This document shows, piece after piece, positions 51,861 to 62,905 of a DNA stretch of 64,000 bases (positions are counted from its first letter, which is position 1; every line of letters begins with the position of its first letter). The notes under the pieces were generated by a model. The model was not told the DNA's origin and did not search any database. It saw only the letters and a program-made list of their open reading frames with translations. Where the stretch lies: positions 2,672 through 66,671 of the forward strand of contig CAUFXK010000001.1 of the NCBI GenBank assembly GCA_959596495.1. Direction: 5' to 3'. Both the position numbers and the translations under genes were made by a program. Source of the stretch: an uncultured Collinsella sp. (GTDB lineage Bacteria; Actinomycetota; Coriobacteriia; Coriobacteriales; Coriobacteriaceae).

Positions 51861-52101
51861 GCCATTTTCCTCCGTCCCCTAGGGATCAATATGTGCGGGG
51901 GAGTTGTGGAGTTGTGCAGGCAGACGAGGTTTTTCTGGAAATACGCTCCCGATGCGCGTATAGTACCGATTGTTTTGTCGGCTCCTGCTGCGTCGAGTCC
52001 AAACCGTGAAATGCCATGAGCGGCGCGGATGCAGCCAGGAGGCACGAGGACAACCCATCGTGGCCACGCCCCGTGCTTAAAACCCCAAGAAGGAGTGAAC
52101 A

Positions 52102-52659
52102 ATGGCAGAAGAGAAGTATGTGCCGCGTCTGAAGACCAAGTACAACAACGAGGTCAAGCAGCAGCTTCAGGACAAGTTCCAATACGAGAACGTCATGATG
52201 ATCCCCAAGTTTGAGAAGATCGTCGTGAACATGGGTGTCGGCGAGGCCGCTACCGATTCCAAGGCCATCGACGGTGCCGTGCGCGACCTGCGCGCTATCA
52301 CCGGCCAGCAGCCGATGATCACCCGTGCCCGCAAGTCCATCGCTACCTTCCGCCTGCGCGCTGGTATGCCGATCGGCTGCAAGGTTACCCTGCGTGGCGA
52401 CCGTATGTGGGAGTTCTTCGATCGTCTGACCTCCGTCGCGATCCCCCGTATCCGCGACTTCCGCGGAATCTCCGCCAAGAGCTTCGACGGCCGTGGTAAC
52501 TTCTCCATGGGCGTCACCGAGCAGCTCATCTTCCCCGAGATCGACTTCGACTCCGTCGATCACCAGCGTGGTATGGACATCACTTTCGTGACCACCGCCA
52601 ACACCGATGAGGAGGCCAAGGCCCTTCTGGACGCCTTCGGTTTCCCGTTCAAGAAATAG
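52102..52659 (+). CDS. rplE: 50S ribosomal protein L5
   Basis: 185 aa with a canonical L5 sequence (…[11 protein letters not shown]…[16 protein letters not shown]…). SD GAAGGAG. Conserved spc-operon order downstream. Confidence 0.97.
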   Translation: MAEEKYVPRLKTKYNNEVKQQLQDKFQYENVMMIPKFEKIVVNMGVGEAATDSKAIDGAVRDLRAITGQQPMITRARKSIATFRLRAGMPIGCKVTLRGDRMWEFFDRLTSVAIPRIRDFRGISAKSFDGRGNFSMGVTEQLIFPEIDFDSVDHQRGMDITFVTTANTDEEAKALLDAFGFPFKK

Positions 52660-52738
52660 GTTCACCTGCCCTATAAGCGCCGTTCCCACAAGGGGGCGGC
52701 GCTTGGGGCGAACAATACTCTATGTGAGGAGGATATAA

Positions 52739-52924
52739 GTGGCTAAGACATCGATGATCGTCAAGTGCAATCGCAAGCAGAAGTTCTCTACTCGTGAGTA
52801 CACGCGCTGCCAGCGCTGCGGCCGTCCGCACTCTGTGTACCGCAAGTTCGGCCTGTGCCGTGTCTGCTTCCGCGAGCTTGCACTCAAGGGCGAGCTTCCC
52901 GGCGTTAAGAAGGCCAGCTGGTAA
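52739..52924 (+). CDS. rpsN: 30S ribosomal protein S14, zinc-binding type Z
   Basis: 61 aa, GTG start after GAGGAGG. CxxC…CxxC motif (CQRCGRP…CRVC). Confidence 0.95.
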   Translation: MAKTSMIVKCNRKQKFSTREYTRCQRCGRPHSVYRKFGLCRVCFRELALKGELPGVKKASW

Positions 52925-53043
52925 GTCACTACCAGCGTTTCAAGCATCCGTTTGGAACAGGGAAAACGCGCTAGTTAGGCTTTGCCGTTAAGGGCGGCGA
53001 AGAACCAAGAGCACGTGTTCATCAAGAACGAAGGAGAATCTGT

Positions 53044-53442
53044 ATGAACCTTACAGACCCGATCGCAGATATGCTTACGCGCATCCGTAACGCTAACTCT
53101 GTGAACAAGGCCACGGTCTCCATGCCGAGCAGCAAGAAGCTCGTCGAGATCGCTCGTGTTCTGCACGAGGAGGGCTACATCGAGGGCTACGATGTCGAGG
53201 ACACCGTTCCCCAGAAGACTCTGCACATCACGCTTAAGTATGGTCCCAAGAAGGCTAAGGTCATCAACGGCATCCGCCGCATTTCCAAGCCGGGCCTGCG
53301 TAAGTACACCGGCGTTGCCGACATGCCCCGCGTCCGCGGTGGCCTTGGTACCGCCATTATTTCCACCAGCCATGGCGTCATGACCGACCGCGATGCTCGC
53401 AAGCACAACGTCGGCGGCGAGATCATCGCTTACGTCTGGTAA
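53044..53442 (+). CDS. rpsH: 30S ribosomal protein S8
   Basis: 132 aa. '[13 protein letters not shown]' canonical S8 N-terminus. Confidence 0.97.
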   Translation: MNLTDPIADMLTRIRNANSVNKATVSMPSSKKLVEIARVLHEEGYIEGYDVEDTVPQKTLHITLKYGPKKAKVINGIRRISKPGLRKYTGVADMPRVRGGLGTAIISTSHGVMTDRDARKHNVGGEIIAYVW

Positions 53443-53475
53443 TTCGCTCGGTAGGTAGAAGGAAAGGAGATCACC

Positions 53476-54012
53476 GTGTCTCGTATCGGTAATAAGCCTG
53501 TCCAGATTCCCGCCGGAGTCGAAGTGGCAGTCAACGGCAACAATGTTGTCGTCAAGGGCCCCAAGGGCCAGCTCGAGCTCGATGTCTATGAGAAGCTCGC
53601 TATCAACGTCGAGGACAACGTCCTCACCGTTTCCCGTCCCGACGACGAGCGTGAGACCCGTGCCCGCCACGGCCTCACCCGCGCCCTCATCCACAACATG
53701 GTTGTTGGCGTTTCCGAGGGCTTCGAGAAGAAGCTCGAGCTCGCCGGCGTCGGTTACCGCGTGCAGCAGAAGGGCAAGAACCTCGAGTTCTCCCTGGGCT
53801 TCTCGCACCCCGTGATCGTCGAGGCTCCCGAGGGCATCACCTTCGAGGTTCCCGACAACACCCACGTGAACGTCAAGGGTATCAACAAGCAGCAGGTCGG
53901 TCAGATCGCCGCTGAGATCCGCGGCCATCGTCCTCCCGAGCCTTACAAGGGCAAGGGTATCCACTACGTTGGCGAGCACATCCGCCGCAAGCTGGGTAAG
54001 GCCGCCAAGTAG
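53476..54012 (+). CDS. rplF: 50S ribosomal protein L6
   Basis: 178 aa, GTG start. '[16 protein letters not shown]' canonical L6. Confidence 0.97.
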   Translation: MSRIGNKPVQIPAGVEVAVNGNNVVVKGPKGQLELDVYEKLAINVEDNVLTVSRPDDERETRARHGLTRALIHNMVVGVSEGFEKKLELAGVGYRVQQKGKNLEFSLGFSHPVIVEAPEGITFEVPDNTHVNVKGINKQQVGQIAAEIRGHRPPEPYKGKGIHYVGEHIRRKLGKAAK

Positions 54013-54087
54013 TCGTAACCGACTCACTCGCATAAGACCAGCACCCCGTCAGGTGCTGGCAAGATCAACCTTTTTAGGAGTTTACGT

Positions 54088-54456
54088 ATGAACAAGCATA
54101 AGGCGAAGCTGGAAGGCCTCAAGCGTCGTCAGCGTCGTGTTCGCGGCAAGGTCTCGGGTACCGCCGAGCGTCCGCGTCTTCGCGTGACCCGTACTAACGC
54201 CAACATCTATGCCCAGATCATCGACGACAGCAAGGGCTCCAGCCTGACGCTCGTCTCCGCCTCGACCCTCGAGGCCGAGTTCAAGGGCACCCACACCTCG
54301 AACAAGGAGGCTGCGGAGAAGGTCGGTCAGCTCGTTGGCAAGCGCGCCATCGAGGCCGGCATCACCAAGGTCGCCTTCGATCGCGGTGGCCGTATCTACC
54401 ATGGCCGCGTCAAGGCCCTCGCCGACGGTGCTCGTGCCGCCGGTCTCGAGTTCTAG
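54088..54456 (+). CDS. rplR: 50S ribosomal protein L18
   Basis: 122 aa. '…[20 protein letters not shown]…[21 protein letters not shown]'. Confidence 0.97.
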   Translation: MNKHKAKLEGLKRRQRRVRGKVSGTAERPRLRVTRTNANIYAQIIDDSKGSSLTLVSASTLEAEFKGTHTSNKEAAEKVGQLVGKRAIEAGITKVAFDRGGRIYHGRVKALADGARAAGLEF

Positions 54457-54470
54457 GAGGTATGTAGCAC

Positions 54471-54995
54471 ATGGCTCGTAATCAGAAGCAGCAGCGCGAG
54501 GCCTCCGAGTTCGAGGAGCGCGTCGTTTACATCAACCGCGTATCGAAGACCGTCAAGGGTGGTCGTCGCATGAGCCTCGTCGCTCTCGTCGTCGTTGGCG
54601 ACGGCAAGGGCAACGTCGGCGTTGGCATGGGCAAGTCCGCTGAGGTGCCCCTGGCCATCTCCAAGGCGTCTCTCGATGCCAAGAAGAACATGTTCCACGT
54701 GCCGGTGACCGAGCAGGGCACCATCCCGCACGAGGTTCTCGGCCACTTTGGTGCCGGCCGCATCATCATCAAGCCCGCTGTCGAGGGTACCGGCGTTATC
54801 GCCGGCGGCGCTGTGCGTCCCCTCTTCGAGCTTGCTGGCATCAAGAACGTCCTGTCCAAGTCCCTCGGTACCGACAACGGCCTCAACATCATCAAGGCTG
54901 CCGTCGAGGGCCTCAAGGAGCTCTCCAGCCCTGAGGACGTCGCGGCTCGCCGTGGCCTGACGGTCTCCGAGATGTTCGTCGGTAAGGAGAACTAA
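54471..54995 (+). CDS. rpsE: 30S ribosomal protein S5
   Basis: 174 aa. '…[38 protein letters not shown]'. Confidence 0.97.
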   Translation: MARNQKQQREASEFEERVVYINRVSKTVKGGRRMSLVALVVVGDGKGNVGVGMGKSAEVPLAISKASLDAKKNMFHVPVTEQGTIPHEVLGHFGAGRIIIKPAVEGTGVIAGGAVRPLFELAGIKNVLSKSLGTDNGLNIIKAAVEGLKELSSPEDVAARRGLTVSEMFVGKEN

Positions 54996-54997
54996 GC

Positions 54998-55180
54998 ATG
55001 GCTGACACCATCAAGATCAAGCAGGTCCGCAGCACCAACGGTTGCAAGCAGGACCAGGTCCGTACTGTCCGTGCCCTCGGTCTCCACAGGATCCGCGAGG
55101 TTCGCGAGATTGCTGACAACGAGTCCGTCCGCGGCATGATCTTCAAGGTCAAGCACCTTGTCGAGATTGTAGAGGAGTAG
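54998..55180 (+). CDS. rpmD: 50S ribosomal protein L30
   Basis: 60 aa. 'IKIKQVRS…QVRTVRALGL'. Confidence 0.95.
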   Translation: MADTIKIKQVRSTNGCKQDQVRTVRALGLHRIREVREIADNESVRGMIFKVKHLVEIVEE

Positions 55181-55183
55181 CAA

Positions 55184-55633
55184 ATGCAGCTTCACGATCT
55201 TACTCCCGCGCCCGGTTCCACCAAGAACCGCAAGCGCGTCGGCCGTGGCAATTCTTCGGGTCACGGCACCACTTCTGGCCGCGGTCAGAAGGGCCAGGGT
55301 TCTCGCTCTGGCGGCACCAAGGGTGCCGGCTTCGAGGGTGGCCAGACTCCGCTGGCTATGCGCCTGCCCAAGCTTCCGGGCTTCCGCAACCCCCGTCGTA
55401 TTGAGTACACCGCTGTTAACGTTGAGCGTCTCGAGCGTAAGTTCGAGGATGGCGCTGTGATCGACGGTGCCGCTCTTAAGGCCGCTCGCATCACCAAGAG
55501 CGAGTTCGAGCCCGTCAAGGTGCTCGGCAATGGTGAGCTCACCAAGAAGTTCACGGTCAAGGTCGACAAGGTCAGCGCTTCTGCGCAGGCCAAGATCGAG
55601 GCCGCCGGCGGAAAGGTCGAGCTGCCGTGCTAA
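55184..55633 (+). CDS. rplO: 50S ribosomal protein L15
   Basis: 149 aa. '[20 protein letters not shown]…GGQTPL'. Confidence 0.97.
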   Translation: MQLHDLTPAPGSTKNRKRVGRGNSSGHGTTSGRGQKGQGSRSGGTKGAGFEGGQTPLAMRLPKLPGFRNPRRIEYTAVNVERLERKFEDGAVIDGAALKAARITKSEFEPVKVLGNGELTKKFTVKVDKVSASAQAKIEAAGGKVELPC

Positions 55634-56913
55634 ATGGTCTTAAGAATGCTTTCCGCATCAAAGAATTGCGCGAAAAGATTCTTTTTACCATAGCTATGCT
55701 CGTCGTGTACCGCATTGGTGCGCACGTTCCTGTGCCCGGCATTCCCTTCCAGGGGATGCTGGGCCTTTTCTCGACCGATAACAATTCGGTCGCCGCAGGT
55801 GCTATGGCCCTCCTGAATCTTTTCTCTGGCGGCGCGTTGAGCTATGTGTCGGTGTTTTCGCTGGGCATCATGCCTTACATCACCAGCTCGATCATCCTCC
55901 AGATGCTCCAGGCCGTTGTGCCTTCCCTGCATGAGCTTGCCCGCGAGGGCGAGGTCGGTCAGACCAAGATTACGCAGTATTCGCGTTACCTCACCCTGGC
56001 TCTGGCAATCCTCAACTCCGTGGGTTACCTCTTCCTCTTTAAGAGCTTCGGCATCAGCTTCAATGGCGCCGGCGCTCCCGAGATCATCTTCGACCTCATG
56101 ATCGTCGGCACGCTCACCGCGGGCGCCATGCTGATCATGTGGATTGGTGAGCTCATCACCCAGCGCGGTATCGGCAATGGCATGTCGCTGATCATCTTTG
56201 CGAACATCATGGCCGGCCTGCCGCAGGCTATCTTCTCCAGCACCGAGGGCAATGCCGGTGGCATCATCACCATGGCGATCATCTGCGCCATCATCCTGCT
56301 GGTTATTCCGCTGATTGTTTTCCTTGAGCGCGGCCAGCGCCGCATTCCGGTCTCCTACGCTAAGCGCGTCGTGGGCCGTCGCATGATGGGTGGCCAGACC
56401 ACCTACCTGCCCATCAAGGTCAACACCGCGGGTGTCGTGCCGATCATCTTCGCTTCGGCGCTGCTGTACTTCCCGGCTCAGATTGCCGTGTTCTTCCCCG
56501 GCATCGGCTGGATTCAGACAGTTGCCTCCGCGCTTTCGACCGGTTGGCTCAACTGGGTGCTTAACGTTGTCCTCATCGTGTTCTTCGCATACTTCTACAC
56601 CTCCATGGTGTTCAACCCCGATGACACGGCCGATAACCTTAAGAAGCAGGGCGGCTTTATTCCGGGCGTGCGTCCGGGTAGGGCTACCGCGGCCTACATC
56701 AAGAACGCGCTCAACAAGATCACGCTTCCCAGCGCTGTCTTTTTGGCGCTCATCGCCATCGTGCCTTCGATCATCTTCTCCTTCACGGGTAACCATCTGA
56801 TCCAGGCTTTTGGCGGAACGTCCATCCTCATCATGGTCGGCGTCGTGCTCGACACGGTCGATAAGCTCGAAGGCCAGATCAAGATGTATGATTACGATGG
56901 ATTCTTTAAATAG
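55627..56913 (+). CDS. secY: Preprotein translocase subunit SecY
   Basis: 428 aa, 10-TM protein. GTG start overlapping the rplO stop. '…LREKILFT…[12 protein letters not shown]' canonical. Confidence 0.95.
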   Translation: MLNGLKNAFRIKELREKILFTIAMLVVYRIGAHVPVPGIPFQGMLGLFSTDNNSVAAGAMALLNLFSGGALSYVSVFSLGIMPYITSSIILQMLQAVVPSLHELAREGEVGQTKITQYSRYLTLALAILNSVGYLFLFKSFGISFNGAGAPEIIFDLMIVGTLTAGAMLIMWIGELITQRGIGNGMSLIIFANIMAGLPQAIFSSTEGNAGGIITMAIICAIILLVIPLIVFLERGQRRIPVSYAKRVVGRRMMGGQTTYLPIKVNTAGVVPIIFASALLYFPAQIAVFFPGIGWIQTVASALSTGWLNWVLNVVLIVFFAYFYTSMVFNPDDTADNLKKQGGFIPGVRPGRATAAYIKNALNKITLPSAVFLALIAIVPSIIFSFTGNHLIQAFGGTSILIMVGVVLDTVDKLEGQIKMYDYDGFFK

Positions 56914-56931
56914 GCTAGAGGAGGATTGCTC

Positions 56932-57558
56932 ATGAACCTCGTATTGCTCGGAGCTCCGGGTGCCGGTAAGGGCACCGTCGCACAGGAGCTCGTCGCCGAG
57001 TTTGGCGTCGCCCACATTTCCACGGGCGACCTGCTGCGTGCTGCCGTCAAGGGTGGCACCGAGCTTGGTATTCAGGCTAAGAAGTACATGGACGCTGGCG
57101 AGCTCGTTCCCGACCAGCTCGTAATCGACCTTGTCAAGGAGCGCCTTGCTGCCGATGACGCCCAGCAGGGCTTCATCCTCGACGGCTTCCCGCGCAACAC
57201 CGCCCAGGCTGTGACGCTCGATTCCGAGCTCTCCGCCATGGGTCGCGAGATCGACTGCGCCCTTCTGGTCGACGTGGCCCCCGAGGTCATCATCGATCGT
57301 CTGTCTTCGCGTCGCACCTGCCGCGCCTGCGGTTACACCGGCACTGCTGCCGATGCCACCTGCCCCAAGTGCGCAGGCGAGATGTATCAGCGCGACGACG
57401 ACAAGCCCGAGACCATCAAGAACCGTCTCGACGTCTACGAGAAGTCCACGAGCCCGCTCGTCGACTACTATCGTGGCCAAGGTCTGCTCAAGTCGGTCAA
57501 CGGTGACCAGGCTCGCGAGACCGTGTACGGGGATGTCAAAGAGGCTCTCGGTCTATGA
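56932..57558 (+). CDS. adk: Adenylate kinase (zinc-lid type)
   Basis: ATG 56932 lies 6 nt after AGAGGAGGA. 'LLGAPGAGKGT' P-loop. Lid with CRACG…CPKC. Confidence 0.95.
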   Translation: MNLVLLGAPGAGKGTVAQELVAEFGVAHISTGDLLRAAVKGGTELGIQAKKYMDAGELVPDQLVIDLVKERLAADDAQQGFILDGFPRNTAQAVTLDSELSAMGREIDCALLVDVAPEVIIDRLSSRRTCRACGYTGTAADATCPKCAGEMYQRDDDKPETIKNRLDVYEKSTSPLVDYYRGQGLLKSVNGDQARETVYGDVKEALGL

Positions 57559-58343
57559 TCAAGATTAAGTCTGCAACGCAAATCGAGCAGATGAAGAAGG
57601 CAGGAGCGCTATCTAAGATGGCGCTCCGCCACGTTGGAGCCATGGTGCGCCCCGGCGTTTCGACTTTTGAGCTTGATCAGCTCGCGGAGCAGATTATCCG
57701 CATGCATGGCGGCACCCCTGCCTTTAAGGGTTACGGCGGGTTCCCGGGGACCATTTGCGCATCGATCAACGATGCCGTGGTCCACGGTATTCCCAACCCT
57801 GACATGATCCTGCGCGATGGCGATATCATCTCCATCGATACGGGAGCCGTTGTCGACGGTTGGGTCGGCGATAACGCATGGACGTTTTTCGTCGGCACCC
57901 CCACGCCCGAAGCCAAGGCTTTGTGCGAGGTCACGCGCGATTGCCTTAAGGCTGCCATCGAGCAGGCTGTTCCCGGTAACCATATCGGGGACGTCGGTTA
58001 TGCCGTTCAGTCCCTCGCCGAGTCTCACGGTTACGGCGTGCTTCGTGATTATGTGGGTCATGGCATTGGCCGCGTGATGCACGAGGACCCCAACGTTCCT
58101 AACTATGGAAAGAAGGGGAGGGGCGTTCGCCTCCAGGCCGGCATGGTCATTGCCATCGAGCCGATGGTTACGATGGGTTCCAACCATGTGAGCACGGGCT
58201 CCGACGGTTGGATCGTCACGACCAACGACCACCTGCCCGCCGCGCACTACGAGAACACCGTCGCCATTACCAATGACGGTCCGGTGATTCTCACCACCGA
58301 CGCGCAAGGTGCTTGGTGTTCGCTCCAAGGCGGAGAAATGTAA
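57555..58343 (+). CDS. map: Type I methionine aminopeptidase
   Basis: 262 aa, overlaps the adk stop by 4 nt. 'VVHGIP…DIISID…GHGIG…MVIAIEPM' metal-ligand motifs. Confidence 0.95.
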   Translation: MIKIKSATQIEQMKKAGALSKMALRHVGAMVRPGVSTFELDQLAEQIIRMHGGTPAFKGYGGFPGTICASINDAVVHGIPNPDMILRDGDIISIDTGAVVDGWVGDNAWTFFVGTPTPEAKALCEVTRDCLKAAIEQAVPGNHIGDVGYAVQSLAESHGYGVLRDYVGHGIGRVMHEDPNVPNYGKKGRGVRLQAGMVIAIEPMVTMGSNHVSTGSDGWIVTTNDHLPAAHYENTVAITNDGPVILTTDAQGAWCSLQGGEM

Positions 58344-58441
58344 CAAGTTCCACTTAGTTGTGGAGCCATTACGAAGTTATTACGATGCGTGCATACGTGT
58401 TGTAGAATACTCAATCGCTGTCGTTTTCTAGAGAAAGATGA

Positions 58442-58666
58442 TTGCTTGTGAAGAAGGAAGACGCAATTGAGCTCGAGGGTACGGTAAAGGAACCGTTGCC
58501 CAATGCCATGTTTAAGGTTGAGCTCGAGAACGGTCATTCGGTTCTGTGCAACATTTCTGGCAAGATCCGAATGAATTACATCCGTATTCTCCCCGGTGAC
58601 AGGGTTGTCGTGGAGCTTTCCCCGTACGACCTGACCCGCGGCCGCATCACCTATCGCTACAAATAG
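58442..58666 (+). CDS. infA: Translation initiation factor IF-1
   Basis: '[12 protein letters not shown]…FKVELENGH…[16 protein letters not shown]…[12 protein letters not shown]'. The start is either TTG 58442 or GTG 58448. Confidence 0.93.
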   Translation: MLVKKEDAIELEGTVKEPLPNAMFKVELENGHSVLCNISGKIRMNYIRILPGDRVVVELSPYDLTRGRITYRYK

Positions 58667-58816
58667 CGGCACGCATACACGCACTCCATTTCCGACTGCA
58701 GGCTTAGCTCAACCTACGGTCGGATTGTGTGTGAAGACCAGCCATAGTTTTAAACGCCTGCGGCTGGGCGAGTAGATAGTAGGGAAGTAGTTTGAGCGCT
58801 ACCGAAAGGAAGAACG

Positions 58817-58930
58817 ATGAAGGTACGTCCTTCGGTCAAGAAGATGTGCGATAAGTGCAAAATCATTAGGCGCCATGGCAAGGTCCTCGTCATTTGCGAG
58901 AACCCCCGTCATAAGCAGCGTCAGGGTTAA
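58817..58930 (+). CDS. rpmJ: 50S ribosomal protein L36 (not in the ORF track, 37 aa)
   Basis: ATG 58817 after GAAAGGAAG. Translation [37 protein letters not shown] is canonical L36, in the expected infA-rpmJ-rpsM position. Confidence 0.95.
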   Translation: MKVRPSVKKMCDKCKIIRRHGKVLVICENPRHKQRQG

Positions 58931-58944
58931 GAGAGGAGACTACG

Positions 58945-59319
58945 TTGGCCCGTATTAATGGTGTCGACCTCCCGCGTGAGAAGCGCGTTGAGATCGGTCT
59001 GACCTACATTTACGGCATCGGCCGCACCACTGCGACGAAGATCTGCGTCGAGTGCAACGTTAACGTGGATACGCGCGTTAAGGACCTCACCGAGGATGAG
59101 GTTAACGCCATCCGCGATTATATCGATAAGAACCAGATCATGGTTGAGGGCGACCTCCGCCGTGAGCGCAACCAGAACGTCAAGCGCCTTATGGACATCG
59201 GCTGCAACCGCGGCCTTCGTCACCGCAAGGGCCTCCCGGTCCGCGGCCAGCGCACCCACACTAACGCTCGTACCCGCAAGGGCCCGAAGCGTCAGATCGG
59301 TGCTAAGAAGAAGAAATAA
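58945..59319 (+). CDS. rpsM: 30S ribosomal protein S13
   Basis: 124 aa, TTG start after GAGAGGAG. '[25 protein letters not shown]'. Confidence 0.97.
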   Translation: MARINGVDLPREKRVEIGLTYIYGIGRTTATKICVECNVNVDTRVKDLTEDEVNAIRDYIDKNQIMVEGDLRRERNQNVKRLMDIGCNRGLRHRKGLPVRGQRTHTNARTRKGPKRQIGAKKKK

Positions 59320-59333
59320 GGAGCGCTAGATAG

Positions 59334-59738
59334 ATGGCTACTGCTAAGAAGAACGTTCGCGCTGCCCGTCTGAAGCGCGCGGACCGTAAGAACATTTCCG
59401 TGGGCCAGGCTCACATTCGTTCTACGTTCAACAACACGATCGTTTCGATCACCGATCCCCAGGGCAACGTCATTTCCTGGAAGTCGGCTGGCCAGGTGGG
59501 CTTCAAGGGCTCCCGTAAGTCCACGCCGTTCGCTGCCCAGATGGCTGCCGAGGCTGCTGCCAAGCAGGCCATGGAGCACGGTATGAAGAAGGTTTCCGTC
59601 TTCGTCAAGGGCCCCGGCTCCGGTCGTGAGACCGCCATCCGCTCCCTCCAGGCTGCTGGCCTCGAGGTCTCGAGCATCCAGGACAAGACCCCCATTCCGC
59701 ACAACGGCTGCCGCCCCAAGAAGCGTCGCCGCGTGTAA
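59334..59738 (+). CDS. rpsK: 30S ribosomal protein S11
   Basis: 134 aa. '…[22 protein letters not shown]…[12 protein letters not shown]'. Confidence 0.97.
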   Translation: MATAKKNVRAARLKRADRKNISVGQAHIRSTFNNTIVSITDPQGNVISWKSAGQVGFKGSRKSTPFAAQMAAEAAAKQAMEHGMKKVSVFVKGPGSGRETAIRSLQAAGLEVSSIQDKTPIPHNGCRPKKRRRV

Positions 59739-59757
59739 CTGAAAGGATCGTATCAAT

Positions 59758-60354
59758 ATGGCAATCGACAGGACTCCTGTTCTTAAGCGCTGCCGTCAGC
59801 TCGGGATCGATCCCGCTGAGCTCGGTTACAGCAGCAAGAAGGAATCTATCCGTCAGCCCAAGCGCCGTCGCAAGGAATCTGAGTACGGCATGCAGCTGCG
59901 CGAGAAGCAGAAGGTCAAGTTCATCTATGGCGTTCTGGAGAAGCAGTTCCACGGCTACTTCAACAAGGCCCGTAAGATGAACGGCGTCACCGGTGAGAAC
60001 CTCATGATCATCCTTGAGTCTCGCCTCGACAACGTCGTCTTCCGTCTTGGCTTCGCCCGCACCCGCAAAGAGGCTCGTCAGTCCGTCCGTCACGGTCACT
60101 TCACCGTGAACGGCAAGCGCGTGGACATCCCGTCCTACCGCGTCAAGGCCGGCGACGTCGTCGCTGTCGGCGAGAAGTTCCGTGACCTCCTCCCCATCAA
60201 GGAGGCCCTGATTTCCTCCGAGCGCTTTGAGGTCCCTGGCTGGCTCGAGGTCGATATCGAGAAGCTGTCTGGTAACGTGCTCGCTCTACCGACGCGTGAG
60301 CAGATCAGCGGTGATATCAACGAGCAGCTCATCGTCGAGCTCTACTCTAAGTAG
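59758..60354 (+). CDS. rpsD: 30S ribosomal protein S4
   Basis: 198 aa. '…YGMQLREKQKVKFIYGVLEKQF…LESRLDNVVFRLGFA'. Confidence 0.97.
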   Translation: MAIDRTPVLKRCRQLGIDPAELGYSSKKESIRQPKRRRKESEYGMQLREKQKVKFIYGVLEKQFHGYFNKARKMNGVTGENLMIILESRLDNVVFRLGFARTRKEARQSVRHGHFTVNGKRVDIPSYRVKAGDVVAVGEKFRDLLPIKEALISSERFEVPGWLEVDIEKLSGNVLALPTREQISGDINEQLIVELYSK

Positions 60355-60386
60355 TCCATCCGGGCTGCTGAGGCTGGAGGTAATAC

Positions 60387-61328
60387 ATGTCAGAATTCAT
60401 TAGGCCTCAGGTTCAGGTCGAAGAGATCAACGAGACGTCTGCTCGTGTCTCCGTCGAGCCGCTCGAGCGTGGCTACGGCGATACGCTGGGTAACTCCCTT
60501 CGTCGCGTACTTCTGTCCTCGCTCGAGGGTGCCGCCGTCGAGGCTATTCAGATCGATGGTGCACAGCACGAGTTCATGACCATCCCTAACATGGTCGAGG
60601 ATGTCACCGACATCGTCCTGAATGTCAAGGGTCTTGTCTTCAGGGCTCTCGGCACGACCGACGAGGCGACCGCCACCATTTCTGTTGACGGCCCCTGCGA
60701 GGTCACCGGTGCGGACTTCTTTATTCCGTCCGAGTTTGAGCTGGTCAACCCCGAGCAGCACATCGCTACGCTTACCGAGGGTGGCCATCTCACCATGAGC
60801 ATGCGCATCGGCTATGGCCGCGGCTATGTCTCTGGCGAGGCTAACAAGCGCGACAACGATCCCATCGGTGTGATCCACGTCGACTCGCTGTACTCGCCGG
60901 TGTCCCGTTGCGCCAAGCTCGTTGAGGCTTGCCGTGTCGGTCAGCACACCGACTACGACCGCCTTGTCCTCGAGATCGAGACCAACGGCTCCATCGCTCC
61001 GCGCGACGCCGTGGTCCAGGCTGCCAATATCATCAACCAGCATATGGCTGCCTTTATGAACCTTGCCGAGACCCCCGAGGTCGAGGAGGAGGCTTCGATC
61101 TTCGCTCCCGAGGTCACCAACGACAACGCCGAGCTGGACAAGCAGATCGAGGATCTGGACCTTTCCGTCCGTTCCTACAACTGCCTTAAGCGCGCCAGCA
61201 TTCACTCGGTCCGTCAGCTCGTTGAGTTCTCGGAGAACGATCTGCTTAACATCCGTAACTTCGGTGTTAAGTCGATCGAGGAAGTGAAGGACAAGCTTGA
61301 GTCCATGGGCCTGAGCCTGAAGGCTTAA
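60387..61328 (+). CDS. rpoA: DNA-directed RNA polymerase subunit alpha
   Basis: 313 aa. '…EPLERGYGDTLGNSLRRVLLSSLEGAA…' and C-terminal domain '…LDLSVRSYNCLKRASI'. Confidence 0.97.
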   Translation: MSEFIRPQVQVEEINETSARVSVEPLERGYGDTLGNSLRRVLLSSLEGAAVEAIQIDGAQHEFMTIPNMVEDVTDIVLNVKGLVFRALGTTDEATATISVDGPCEVTGADFFIPSEFELVNPEQHIATLTEGGHLTMSMRIGYGRGYVSGEANKRDNDPIGVIHVDSLYSPVSRCAKLVEACRVGQHTDYDRLVLEIETNGSIAPRDAVVQAANIINQHMAAFMNLAETPEVEEEASIFAPEVTNDNAELDKQIEDLDLSVRSYNCLKRASIHSVRQLVEFSENDLLNIRNFGVKSIEEVKDKLESMGLSLKA

Positions 61329-61358
61329 TGCTTCGCATATTTGAGGAGAAACTAGACC

Positions 61359-61826
61359 ATGCGTCACAACGTTAAGAAGGGCCTGAAGCTCGGCACCGAT
61401 GCGAGCCACACCAAGGCCATGAAGAAGAGCCTGGCCAAGGCCCTCTTCGAGAACGACCGCATCAAGACCACCGAGACCCGCGCTAAGGCGCTGCGTTCGG
61501 TCGTCGATCCGATCATCACCTGGGCCAAGAAGGGCGACCTGCACTCTCGTCGTCTGGCCATCGCCAAGCTCGGCGATAAGCAGCTCGTTGCCGAGATCTT
61601 CGACAAGGCTGCCCAGGGCATGTGGCAGGACCGCAACGGCGGTTACACCCGCATCATGAAGCTCGGCAACCGTAAGGGCGACAACGCTCCTATCGTTATC
61701 ATGGAGCTCGTCACCGAGCCTTGCACGCCTAAGGCCAAGAAGGCTGCTCCGGCCCCCAAGAAGGCCGCTGCTCCCAAGAAGGTCGAGGCCGTCGAGGAGG
61801 CTCCTGCTGAGGAGACCGCTGAGTAG
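61359..61826 (+). CDS. rplQ: 50S ribosomal protein L17 (with Lys/Ala-rich C-terminal extension)
   Basis: 155 aa. 'MRHNVKKGLKLGTDASHTKAM…' with tail …PKAKKAAPAPKKAAAPKK…. Confidence 0.95.
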   Translation: MRHNVKKGLKLGTDASHTKAMKKSLAKALFENDRIKTTETRAKALRSVVDPIITWAKKGDLHSRRLAIAKLGDKQLVAEIFDKAAQGMWQDRNGGYTRIMKLGNRKGDNAPIVIMELVTEPCTPKAKKAAPAPKKAAAPKKVEAVEEAPAEETAE

Positions 61827-61852
61827 ACAATCCGTCTGCATAGGCTATATTC

Positions 61853-61884
61853 GAGGGGTACGTTCGCGTACCCCTCTTTTTTTT
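61853..61884 (+). terminator. Strong rho-independent terminator of the alpha operon
   Basis: Perfect 10-bp stem GAGGGGTACG / CGTACCCCTC, TTCG loop, followed by T8. Confidence 0.9.
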
Positions 61885-61919
61885 GTCGCGATACCGTTGA
61901 TTGTTTGTTGGGAGCGCCC

Positions 61920-62744
61920 ATGACCGCGCCGTCTGATTTCAATTCGATTCCTGAGCTCGATGCCACGCTTGTATTCTGTGTTGCCTATGATGGCTCGTCC
62001 TATAGCGGATTTGCCGAGCAGCCGGGCCAGACGACCGTTGCGGGCGAGTTGCGCCGCGCTATCGAGACGCTGCTGCGCCGCCCGATCGATCTGACGTGTG
62101 CGGGTCGTACCGATGCCGGCGTGCATGCCGTGGCCCAGTACATCAGCGTGCCCGTAACGGACGCTGAGCTCGCGTGTACGCGCCGTAGGTGGCTGCGGGC
62201 TATGGATGCCCTGCTGCCCAAAGATATCGCCATAAACGAGGTCTACAAGGCCCGTAGGGGCTTTTCTGCCCGCTTTGACGCGCGGTCCCGTACGTATACG
62301 TACCGTATTGCCGATCGCGATGCGCGCCCCGTGCTCTCGCGCGGTGCCGTGTGGTGGCATCGCTATCCCTTGGATGTTGAGGCTATGTCTGCTGCCTGCC
62401 CCGCACTGCTGGGCGAGCAGGACTTTAAAAGCTTTTGCAAGGTTGCTTCGGCCGTTGGCAAGCCCACGCATCGCTGCGTGATGCGTGCCGAATTTGGCCA
62501 TGAGGTTGCGTTTGGCGAGGACATCCTGACGTTCACCATCGAGGGCAATGCGTTTCTGCATTCGATGGTCCGTACGATCGTGGGCACGCTTGTCGAGATT
62601 GGCATGCATCGCCGTGAACCCGAGTGGATGCGCGAGGTTATCGATGCTTGCGACCGCACCGCTGCGGGCCCCACGGCTCCTGCCTGCGGCCTTACGTTTA
62701 TGGGCGTGGATTACGATCCCGCCGAGCTTGTCGTGCTCGACTAG
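61920..62744 (+). CDS. truA: tRNA pseudouridine(38-40) synthase TruA
   Basis: '…VAYDGSSYSGFAEQPG…CAGRTDAGVHAVAQ' (catalytic Asp motif). ATG 61920 lies 5 nt after GGGAG and is preferred over TTG 61905. Confidence 0.9.
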   Translation: MTAPSDFNSIPELDATLVFCVAYDGSSYSGFAEQPGQTTVAGELRRAIETLLRRPIDLTCAGRTDAGVHAVAQYISVPVTDAELACTRRRWLRAMDALLPKDIAINEVYKARRGFSARFDARSRTYTYRIADRDARPVLSRGAVWWHRYPLDVEAMSAACPALLGEQDFKSFCKVASAVGKPTHRCVMRAEFGHEVAFGEDILTFTIEGNAFLHSMVRTIVGTLVEIGMHRREPEWMREVIDACDRTAAGPTAPACGLTFMGVDYDPAELVVLD

Positions 62745-62905
62745 GGGAGGGCTCGACGTGTCGTGCGTCGACACCTGTCATCTGTGGGCTGCGCGTGTGC
62801 AACATCTGTTCTTGGCGTGCAATGCAACCGGTGTCTCATTGCTTTTATTGCCGGGGTGTACCATGAACCACGGTTTGATTCATTGCTGTCGAGAGGACGG
62901 ATAAT

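Noticed and set aside
51940-51970. Promoter for rplE (TGGAAA-N17-TATAGT)
   Set aside because: Only 3/6 match in the -35 box. It is too weak to report as a feature without TSS data.
55630-57480. 616-aa minus-strand ORF; also 60390..61841 (483 aa), 52975..54033, 51886..52689
   Set aside because: They are antisense to universally conserved ribosomal, secY, adk and rpoA genes and are shadow ORFs.
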